Source: Craspedostauros australis (taxonomy: Eukaryota). Taken from it: a stretch of 20,000 nucleotides of DNA. Below the pieces are notes generated by a model. That model was not told where the DNA came from. It did not search any database and saw nothing but the letters and a program-made list of their open reading frames with translations. Position 1 is the first letter of the stretch; each line of letters begins with the position of its first letter. The stretch is from the NCBI GenBank assembly GCA_030167865.1, contig JALAGF010005593.1, positions 46,500 through 66,499 on the forward strand, given 5' to 3'. The translations under genes and the position numbers were made by a program. Positions 7,839 to 16,800 of the stretch are shown piece after piece.

Positions 7839-10322
7839 ATGGGAAATCACGCCTCGCTCGACATTCAGTTCGATGCGCCTGAAGACCAAGCAAGCGTCAA
7901 CGGAGGCGTCAACGGAGGCGATGCTGCGTCCGCCGATGCAAACACGCACGTAGCAGGCAATCGGTTGAGGGGGAATGTGGTCCTGGGGGTGATGCGCCGC
8001 AAGGGCATCGCGCCGTCGAGCATCACCGTGGCATTCAACGGCAAGGAGCACACCATCGTGGGAACCCCTCGCAACACATTCCGCGATGAGCACATCTTTG
8101 TGCAGGGCACCTGCAAGCTGTCAACAGAACACCTCATCACTCATGATCGCAAGTTCCGCAGCGTTATCCCCCGTGGCGTGCATCGCATTCCCTTCTGCTT
8201 CGAGCTGCCCAGTTCTGTGCCAACCACCATCAAGTTCCCTGCCAAGTCGCGCGGCGTCAATGCTCGCATCGAATACGGTGTCAACGCGACGTACGGAGAT
8301 GACAATGCCACCATGCTACAGCACAACAAGGCCTTGTTTGCCACCAAAACGGTCGACATCCAGGCGCTGCCTGTCGCTCTGCAGGAGCGTTACCAGGCAC
8401 AGCACCCGCAGGTCATCCACCCAACCACCCTCGAGTTGAAATCCTTCGGGATGATCCACCACGGTCGCATCACCTATGCGATCAACGTTGCCAAGCCGGT
8501 GGTGGCGATTGGGGACGCCCTCATGCTCGATCTCGCAATCTGGAAGGTTGCCAAGGTGCAGCTGGAGCGTGTCGAAGTCAAGATCAGCCAGTACGTTACG
8601 TACAAGGTCACCAACGACTTCACCAAGGGCTTGGGCGAAGCAAAGGAGCACGAGCGTCAGAAGAAGAACACCATTCTGCACTGGAAGGCCATCGACCCCT
8701 ACCTTCTAGGCGACCTCGCTGTGCGTGACGAATCTATCCTCACGAACCCCACCGATGTCAACGAAACCAAGATGCAGATCGAGCAGCAGATGCTGCACGA
8801 TCTGGCCAGCCATCAGAACAAGCTCCAGATCCCCATCCCGACCGACTCTGTCCACCTGTTGGATTCCTACGAAGGTCTGCTCATGAGCATCTCCCATTCC
8901 CTAAAGGTAACCATCCATACCAAGAACGCCATGCTCAAAAATCCATCCTGCCGCATTCCAATCGAGATTGGCAAGCCATTGAGCTCGGATCAGCTGGAAT
9001 CAACACCGCCGGCGGCATCGGCTCCAGAGCTGGCACCGGAAGCAGAAGTGGAAACCACACCCAATCCACCGCCATCGGCGCCGATCGCGACGGCATTGTC
9101 TGCGGAGGACACGAACGAGGCTTTGCAGGAAGCTGCTGCTGTGGCGGCCGCAGAGCAGGCGCCGAGCCGCATACCGTCCTTCCTGCGGGGCAGCAGCAGC
9201 ACTCCATCCGCTCCTGTTGACACCGTTCCGATGGCTGCGGCAGTTGTCATTGATGAGAACAATGATATCGTGTCTCCGGAAGCACCGACGGCTCCGGAAG
9301 ATGAATCGACAGTTGTTCTGGATGCCAACGCTGTCCAGGTTGAGGGCCCTGCGGATGGGCTGCTTGGGAACGTCAATGTCCGCATGAATGACAGAAGCGC
9401 GCCTCAACCAGCAACTGATGACAATGATGACGAAGATGATAATCGCATGTTCTTTGGCGCGCGATACGTCATCCCCAATGTACGGGCGACGCCAGGTTCG
9501 CCTGCCTTGTCCGATGACAACATCTCCGTCTTGACGCATGATATTCCAGAAACTCCACAGCGGAGGCCCATCACAGGCTCTGCTCGTTCTTCCTCCTCGT
9601 CGTCATCATCATCATCACCGTCGTCATCATCATCCTCTGCTTCGTCTCGGTCGCTGAACGCTCCTCCGGTTGTGCAAAGGATGGGTTCAATGTCTTCGTC
9701 CTTCAGCTCCATCCCGCCACCGGCCATGTACACCTCTCCGCAGCGAAGAGGGGCGAACGAGGAGGAGCATGAGCAACAACCCGAAGACCCGCAGCAATCC
9801 GAGCAGCCTGAGCTGGAGTCCACCGAGCACACGCAGGAGGACACTCACAGGGACAACCAAGAAAGCAATACACCAACGTTATCATCGCTTCTCGGACAGT
9901 TAGCTGCAGCGTCAGCTGCCTCGCCGGACCAATCCACGCTGCTGCAGGTTTTCCGAGGTAAGATGGAGGACCCCGGGTGGCCAAAGTTTGTGGCGAGCCT
10001 CTCGATTTCGGATTTTCAAACCATCTTGAACGCTTTCCCCATGGGCGATCGCATCGGTGCTGCCGAAGTGGTGGCGCAGCAGTTCATTCGCATGCACGAG
10101 AAGGCAACCGATGGCGACGCCAGTGGCTTGTCTCCATTCACATGCCTCCATTGCGCCGCCGCGATGCAATGCATGTCGGAGTATTGCAGAACGGACATGT
10201 TGCAGACCTTGCTGCCCTACTGCTCCGATATCAAGCAGAATCACATCATCATCCGGGAAGGCCTGTCCGATTGGGAACGCACAATCACCAACGGCATGTT
10301 TGAGGAAGTGTTGGCACAGTAG
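7839..10322 (+). CDS. Alpha-arrestin (ARRDC-like) protein: arrestin_N + arrestin_C, disordered P[S/T]AP-containing linker, helical C-terminal domain
   Basis: 827-aa ORF. AGNRLRGNVVL, SITVAFNGKEHT, IPRGVHRIPFCFELPSSVPTT, ARIEYGVNA and DSYEGLLMSISHSLKVTIH..CRIPIEIG follow the arrestin N/C beta-sandwich patterns. Starts MGNHAS. Confidence 0.8.
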   Translation: MGNHASLDIQFDAPEDQASVNGGVNGGDAASADANTHVAGNRLRGNVVLGVMRRKGIAPSSITVAFNGKEHTIVGTPRNTFRDEHIFVQGTCKLSTEHLITHDRKFRSVIPRGVHRIPFCFELPSSVPTTIKFPAKSRGVNARIEYGVNATYGDDNATMLQHNKALFATKTVDIQALPVALQERYQAQHPQVIHPTTLELKSFGMIHHGRITYAINVAKPVVAIGDALMLDLAIWKVAKVQLERVEVKISQYVTYKVTNDFTKGLGEAKEHERQKKNTILHWKAIDPYLLGDLAVRDESILTNPTDVNETKMQIEQQMLHDLASHQNKLQIPIPTDSVHLLDSYEGLLMSISHSLKVTIHTKNAMLKNPSCRIPIEIGKPLSSDQLESTPPAASAPELAPEAEVETTPNPPPSAPIATALSAEDTNEALQEAAAVAAAEQAPSRIPSFLRGSSSTPSAPVDTVPMAAAVVIDENNDIVSPEAPTAPEDESTVVLDANAVQVEGPADGLLGNVNVRMNDRSAPQPATDDNDDEDDNRMFFGARYVIPNVRATPGSPALSDDNISVLTHDIPETPQRRPITGSARSSSSSSSSSSPSSSSSSASSRSLNAPPVVQRMGSMSSSFSSIPPPAMYTSPQRRGANEEEHEQQPEDPQQSEQPELESTEHTQEDTHRDNQESNTPTLSSLLGQLAAASAASPDQSTLLQVFRGKMEDPGWPKFVASLSISDFQTILNAFPMGDRIGAAEVVAQQFIRMHEKATDGDASGLSPFTCLHCAAAMQCMSEYCRTDMLQTLLPYCSDIKQNHIIIREGLSDWERTITNGMFEEVLAQ

Positions 10323-11426
10323 GTGTTGGTTGGAAGACAACTTGTTTGTGTGCGATGCACGGAGGAGCATGTTAATCGTCTCCCAAGAGCGCAGTAACCA
10401 CACGAATACAGCACAATAGGCACTTTTCTTTTCCTCTCTGTCTGACTTGCTACCCGGAGGTACAACACATCCCTCAACAGCCACGCATCATGCCTTGGCA
10501 GATTCGGTAGATGGCAACTAGTAAGACTCTAGTTTCACGGAATATGCGTGAATGAGTGAAATCGATGGGAGATGTGAATGGCCTTGCTTGTTTGATCCAG
10601 TCTCATCGTAGCCGCGCACTGTTCTGCTCCAATGTGAACTCGGTCATAGCGCTCCCGCAAACAACGCGAAGCTGTGTCGTGCAGAACTTCATCAATCATC
10701 GCGAAAGGAACATGGTCCGTCATGATCTCGTTTGGCACGATACGACTACGACTACGAGTACGACTGCAAGCACGATGATGCGGTTGGAGTTGTCGGCTAG
10801 GTCGTGTCACGACAAGCCTACGCAATAGTTATTGCATCTCTTGTCCTTGTGTAGTCTTCACACAGTTAGAGGATGGACATGTGGAGGTACAAATGCTGGC
10901 ATTGTGTCCAGCATATGCATTCTCCATGATGCTCTCCAGTTTGGTTTTGATTGCAGATGGAAATATTGTAATAAGACTAGAATGTATTATAGAATATGTT
11001 ATAATAGAGCATGTGAGACAGATCGATAGCACAGAGGAGAGATTGCTCTCCGTAGTTGCAAACACATCCACGGTGGAGCTCGATCGCGCTGTGAGCCACG
11101 ATGCACGAGGAGGGTTGGATGAATGTGGACACATCGCATCAAGACGCAACCACATGATTCCCAAAGGTGAGTGTTCGATCGTGTCGCAGTCATCGCTCGT
11201 GAATGACCGCCTTGTGAGGTTTTGAGAACGCGTATAAAGTGTACTGGCCCGTACGTGAAGAAGGAAGAAATTGGTGTGCAAAGCAGAAAACAGCGCGACA
11301 ACATGCCACCACACGCAACGATGCGAGAAAAGAGGCACAGCGGATTTGTATCCACGCTGCGAATACAGACAGAGTCCAACGAGAACGCGAAGCGAAACCA
11401 AAAGGGCGACACACAGGCAAGGCAAG

Positions 11427-11488
11427 GAGGTATCCGCAGCAGCAAGAGGTATCCGCAGCGGCAAGAGGTATCCGCAGCGGCAAGAGGT
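11427..11488. repeat. 19-bp minisatellite (GAGGTATCCGCAGCRGCAA) x3.3
   Basis: Units at 11427, 11446 and 11465, partial at 11484; one substitution; no spacers. Confidence 0.92.
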
Positions 11489-11737
11489 GAGGCCAAAGGA
11501 AACCAAACAAAGCCACACACCACACCACGAAGCAAAGCAAAGCAAAGCAGGGCGAAGAAACAGAGCCACCGACTCCACTCTCTTGGATTCATCTTGTCCC
11601 TCCCCTGTGAATCCAGGTGCAGATCGATACTCGAAACCCAACGATCCAAACATCACAAACATCACCACAACCAACAGTACAACCAACAGCACAACCAACG
11701 GCACAAGCATCCGAATACTCACTCGTAGGGCAACATC

Positions 11738-13393
11738 ATGGTGTCCTCCAAAGATGAGCGCGATGAAGTAGAGTATGAGCACGACGCGGAGAGCAGCAGC
11801 GAAGAAGAGGAGGACGAGTCGTCGGGAGAGGAAGAATCCGAGGAGGAGTCATCCGGAGAAGAGGAGTCGTCGGAAGAAGAGGAATCGTCCGAAGAGGAAG
11901 AATCATCTGAGGAAGAAGAATCCGACGACGATGATGATGACGACGATGACGATGATGATGATGAGGGTGACGAGGAAGAGACCTACGCTGATCAAACGTA
12001 CAACACCGGCTACACGGATAACTACCAGGATCAGCCATCCGCGGCAGGCTACGACTTCAACGGCGATCAGAACAGCCAGTACGACAGCCAGTATGACAGC
12101 CAGTATGACAGCCAGTACGACGGCCAGTCCATGGGAGGATCCTACTACAGCAACGAGCCTCCACCGCACGGCGGCGTCCGTGGCAACGCCGGATCTCCCA
12201 TGGATCCGGCCTTCGAGGACGAGGAGGAGGCCTTCATCGATGAGCAGGACGACGAGCAGGACGACAAGGAGTACGAGAGATCCAGAAGGCGAAAGTTCAT
12301 CTTCGTCATCTGCTGTTGCTGCTGCTGCCTGGTCCTCATCCTGCTGGGAGTCGCGCTCGGTATCATGTTCTCCGGGGACGACGATGACAAGGAGCCAGGC
12401 CCCACTCCCGTGCCTGTCGAGCCGTCACCAACGGACCAGCCAACGAGGATGCCCATCATCTTCCCGCCTGTTGACTTGGGCGACACTGGCGATCTGGACA
12501 TCGGGGACGGACCCTTCACCAGACGGCCCAATCCGCCGACAGTTCCACCCAGCAAGAAGCCAACAAGGAAGCCCACTCCGGCTCCGACCATCTCTCCGAC
12601 TGTGTCTATGCTGCCTACCATCAGCATCCCGCCCACCTTCATCCTCGAAGCAGAGCGTGACACCATGCTACAGAACGGGTTCCTCGCCAACGACACAGCG
12701 GGCAGCAAAGAGATCTTGCAGATGCGTCACAGCCTGTCCGATGAAACGCAGGAGATGTACACCCTCATCCAGTTCGAGCTCTCCGATCTCCCTCGCCCCG
12801 TTGATCTGCTGCGTCCTCCGGTCACCAAGAAGGCAACGCTCATCCTCGCCCACGAGAAGTCCTTGGCATCCGGAAACACTCCCACCATCCAAGTCGCCAA
12901 GCATCCGCCAACACGCCTCAACATCGACTACCTCTTCTACTTCATCTACCCCGTCAAGCATGCCCTCGGCAAGAGCATCATGGGAGGCACCACAATTGTC
13001 AATGCGGATGACGACACCATCGAGATCGACATCACCTCCTTGGTCTTCGCCTACCAGCCGCCAGAGGCCCTTTACGAAGAAGAGGAAGACCCGACGAACA
13101 TGGTGCTCGTGGTCCACTCAACCACGAACACTCCGGGAGTGTTCTTCTACAGCAAGGAGCACTCGACCGAACCGGCGCCACATATCAAGTTCGAATTTGA
13201 TCCGCTCGCTCAACCCGGAGTCGCGAATGGCGACACTGATGTCGACACCAACGGCAACGTCTTCGACAACGGTGGTACCGTGGCTGACACCGCAGCGCCA
13301 ACCGCAACTCCGGGATCGGCACAACCGAGCGGCACCGTTGGCGGTGACACCACTGAACCATCGGAGACTCCATCGGTCGGGTTCAAGTTTTAG
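11738..13393 (+). CDS. Type II single-pass membrane protein: acidic N-tail, hexa-Cys + TM, Pro/Thr stalk, DNRLRE/CBM96-like ectodomain
   Basis: 551-aa ORF with strongly GC3-biased codons and no signal peptide. RSRRRK-FIFVICCCCCCLVLILLGVALGIMF is a positive-inside signal anchor; PT/PS stalk follows. LEAERDTMLQNG...YTLIQFELSDLP...KKATLIL...IEIDITSLV...FFYSKE...PHIKFEF resembles the DNRLRE/CBM96 pattern from memory. The CDS is confident; the domain call is less so. Confidence 0.75.
   Translation: MVSSKDERDEVEYEHDAESSSEEEEDESSGEEESEEESSGEEESSEEEESSEEEESSEEEESDDDDDDDDDDDDDEGDEEETYADQTYNTGYTDNYQDQPSAAGYDFNGDQNSQYDSQYDSQYDSQYDGQSMGGSYYSNEPPPHGGVRGNAGSPMDPAFEDEEEAFIDEQDDEQDDKEYERSRRRKFIFVICCCCCCLVLILLGVALGIMFSGDDDDKEPGPTPVPVEPSPTDQPTRMPIIFPPVDLGDTGDLDIGDGPFTRRPNPPTVPPSKKPTRKPTPAPTISPTVSMLPTISIPPTFILEAERDTMLQNGFLANDTAGSKEILQMRHSLSDETQEMYTLIQFELSDLPRPVDLLRPPVTKKATLILAHEKSLASGNTPTIQVAKHPPTRLNIDYLFYFIYPVKHALGKSIMGGTTIVNADDDTIEIDITSLVFAYQPPEALYEEEEDPTNMVLVVHSTTNTPGVFFYSKEHSTEPAPHIKFEFDPLAQPGVANGDTDVDTNGNVFDNGGTVADTAAPTATPGSAQPSGTVGGDTTEPSETPSVGFKF
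12072..12128 (+). repeat. 12-bp coding tandem repeat (ACAGCCAGTAYG) x~4.7 encoding (SQYD)4
   Basis: Read directly; protein NSQYDSQYDSQYDSQYDGQS. Confidence 0.9.
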
Positions 13394-13807
13394 TTAACCC
13401 ACGCACGCACCTTCCAGGGATGGATGCGCTACAACAAGCATGTGCAATGGCGAGCGGAAGGATATGGTAACACGCTGATGAAACTTCGTGACATGATAGG
13501 AGCATCCACTCTACTCCATGCTATTCAGACTCCATGCGTTCTCTGACAGACTATTCCGTGATATAAGACTACTCTGCATATTCCTCCAAGGCTCTACTCG
13601 TTCGAATCTGTCTCTACAAGGTAGGATGGAAGGCGCAGTTGCGGAGGGTTCTTTCAAAGTATTGGTACATTCGAACTGCATGTGCTCTTGTTCATACTCC
13701 TACTCGCATTGTGCTGCCCATTCTTGACAGGGGGCACCATTGGTTCGTCCATCATGTCCTCTCATGGGATGGATTTATCGATTACATATACTATATGATT
13801 ATGCATT

Positions 13808-16800
13808 CTAGTATGAATAAGGTGACCCAACAGCCTGCCGTATTTCATCCATGTGCTGCTGCACGGTTTGGTCGGCCCGATGCCGCCTCCTCTTCATATC
13901 CTCTTCCAGTGTCTCCAAATGCTCCATCTTGACTTGGTTCGGCACCGCAGCATGCTGGATCGTCTTCAGGATCGCACGATACCCGTAGTTGTCCACGGAC
14001 TTCATTTCGCCGAACAAACGCATCACGCGCTGCACGAGGGCTGCGCCGTTCCTGGCCAGCTCATCATCGCCCTCAGGTAGCTTCGCCCCCAGCAACGCGC
14101 ATTCGTTGGCGTACGCGTTCAGCACAATGTTTTGTGGTACCTTGTTCGATCCGCGGAACTTGCTGGACATCTCCTGCAGGATCTGGTGCGCGCGATCGCC
14201 CGATCCGACTTCACCTGATCGTGCCCAGCACGTCAGCAGCGCCGTGTAACAGTACACGTTCGTTGGGAATCGCATCTCCGATACCCACCAAGCAAGCAGG
14301 GCTTCCGCATCTTCGGCGGGGACGTCGGAGTTGGAAAAAGAAGACAGCACGCCCCTCAGGATGAATTCGTTCGGTGTCAGCATCGCGTGCCGTCCGCTCG
14401 ATTTCCAATCCTCCACCAATCCCAGCATGAGCTCCTTCGCGCTGGCGGCATCGCCAATGCGGGAGTACGCATGAATCACGTCACTGTACGCTCGAACGTT
14501 GGGCTTCAAATCCGGATCATCGCTATACCGGATGCTCTCCAACAGCTGTCGCGCTTGCTTCGGCGCATCGGGGTACAATTTCAAATCTGCATTCGCCCAG
14601 CACGAAATAGCGACCGTGTACGAAATGGTATTGGGCTTGCACCTCAGGCCCTCCTTGGCGTGCATGTCGTGCATGGATTGGAGGATGGATTGGACCTTCT
14701 CCACGTTGTCGGGATGCTTGGAATCGCGCCAGGCAGACATCAACGTTGTGAAGAGGATGGTGGTCGGATGCACGGATCGATCCTGGACCATCCAATCGAA
14801 CACCTCCTGTGCCTTTTCTGGCCGTTCGGCACGCGCCCATGCCTTCACGACGGCCGTGTAGCATGCCGTGCTTAGTATTGCATGCCTCTCTGTGCCCTCA
14901 GTCAAACTTTCGGATCGGGCGATGTAGTGCTGAAGTTTGGCCTGTGCCCGTTCGGCCGGTGCCGAATCTCGGGGCGTCGAGAGGTTGGCCCAGATCGAGA
15001 GCAGCTGCGCCACGTGCTGGCTGGAGATCTGCGTGGACGATGACTTCGTCTCCACGCTCTCCATCAATCTCTCCGCCTCCACCGCTGTGTTAACCTTGAG
15101 TTTCGGATGCCGCGCCAACGCTCTGAGCACTGTGGTGAGCGTGCGGGCGGATGGCTCTGCATCGTGGTTGCCGTTCGCAAAATCCGTCAACATCTCGTCG
15201 AACAGTCCCCGCGCTCTCTCGGGCTGATTGGAACGCGCCATGGCCGCCATGACCGAGTTGTACACAATCGCGTTGGGTCTGAGATTGGGTGACCCAGTGG
15301 CTTCATATGCGCGCTGCAGCTTGCGAAATACCTCGAGTGCTCGGTCCGAGGCACGTCGGCTGCTGTTGGCATCGGGCTCCACGCGTGGATACTGGGTAGA
15401 ACGATCGTTCTGTTGCACACCAGCACAGTACTTGGACCAGCAATCGATGACGATGCTGTAGCTGCCGCAGTCCGGGCCTTGATCGATCTGCCCATCCTGA
15501 AACAGGGTCTCGAAGTCCTCGAGCAGCTGCTGCGCTTCTTCTGCCGCTTTCCACATCGCATCGTGACTCGAGTAGGATTGTTTGGCGTAAGACAGCAGAA
15601 TCGCATTGAGGAACCTGGTCCTGGATGCTCCATCATGGTTGGTGCCGTCGAGGGTCTCGTCCATCTGCCGCAGCAATGGCTGAATTCGTTCTTTCTGTCC
15701 GCGCTTTGCGAAATGATGTACCACCGGTGTGAACCAGGCTTGCGATGGACGCAGTCGATCTCCGAACTTGTCGGGATGCTGGAATCGCAATGACTTCGCC
15801 CGTTCGATCCATGCAATGGCTCGATCCGGATCATCGACGGCGAGCCACACATGAATCACCTCCGCCACAAGGAAGGAGTCGGGATAAGCCTTAGCAGCAA
15901 CAGATCTCCCACTCTCGTTGTCGCCATCTTCCGCGCTACGGATAAGCTCTTCCATGGCCTCATCCACTTGCTCTGCGCTGGTAGCGTCCAAGTAGGAGGC
16001 GTGGCGCATGGCATTGAAAATCATGGTGTAGGCTTGGACGCTGGGCGTTGTGATCAGTGCATATTTCGTTCGCACATTCTCCAACAGCTGAACAGGCGAT
16101 GGGATGCCAGGAGGCCGGTCTTGCTCCCGCTGCTTTTTGGTCTGATTCGTCCAGATCTGCCAGTGATTGATGATGCCACCCAAGTGCTTGGTCGGAACGA
16201 TGCCTCTATCCGTTGGTACATCTGATGGTGATGGTGATGCTGCTGATGCCGTGGCGGTGACTTGCTTCTCCTCTGCCATGCGATCGAGAATCCCGAATGC
16301 CCGCTGCAAGGCAGTGTCTTTGTACCCGCCGTTGTACCAGAATGAGAGACATTCCTTCGCCGAGTTCCAATCATCTGAACTGAACTCTCCTTTTGGAATC
16401 GACATCAACTCGTCCGTCATCGTTTGCCAGCTTTTGCGATACGAGTTGTCTCTGTAATTCCTGTCGTTGTACCACGCCAAGTCTCTCGCCCTATGCTTCG
16501 ATAGTTGGTTCTGGCGGCTTCCTTGATGTCGTTGATTTCGACCTTGTCGTGGATGTTGGTTGCGATGATTCTGATTTTGTCTGCGGTTTGGATGAGGGCT
16601 GTACGAGCTCGTCTCTTCATGGCGCGTGCTGCGACGAGCTGCAGTCGTAATGTTTGTGCTGGATCCATGTGAAGAGCTGGCGAAGCAACGCACCGGAGAA
16701 CGCGAAATCCCTTGCCTCCTGCTGAGCCGTGCTGTCGCCATGGTGATGTGCTGCGGCAGAGCTGGGCGGAGCATGTTTGGGCATTCACCTGATTGATGGA

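Noticed and set aside
10534..10552. Short inverted repeat ttcacg-N7-cgtgaa
   Set aside because: A 6-bp stem is expected by chance; bacterial-type terminators are not relevant here.
11427..11488. 19-bp repeats as a CRISPR array
   Set aside because: Directly tandem, no spacers, no cas genes, eukaryotic context.
10829..11782. 317-aa hydrophobic minus-strand ORF and neighbours
   Set aside because: Reverse complement of an A/C-rich leader containing a 19-bp (non-triplet) minisatellite; several frames are open at once.
11775..13397. 540-aa +1-frame ORF overlapping the membrane-protein gene
   Set aside because: R/T/S/P-rich shadow translation expected from strong C/G third-position bias and repeats; no domain-like content.
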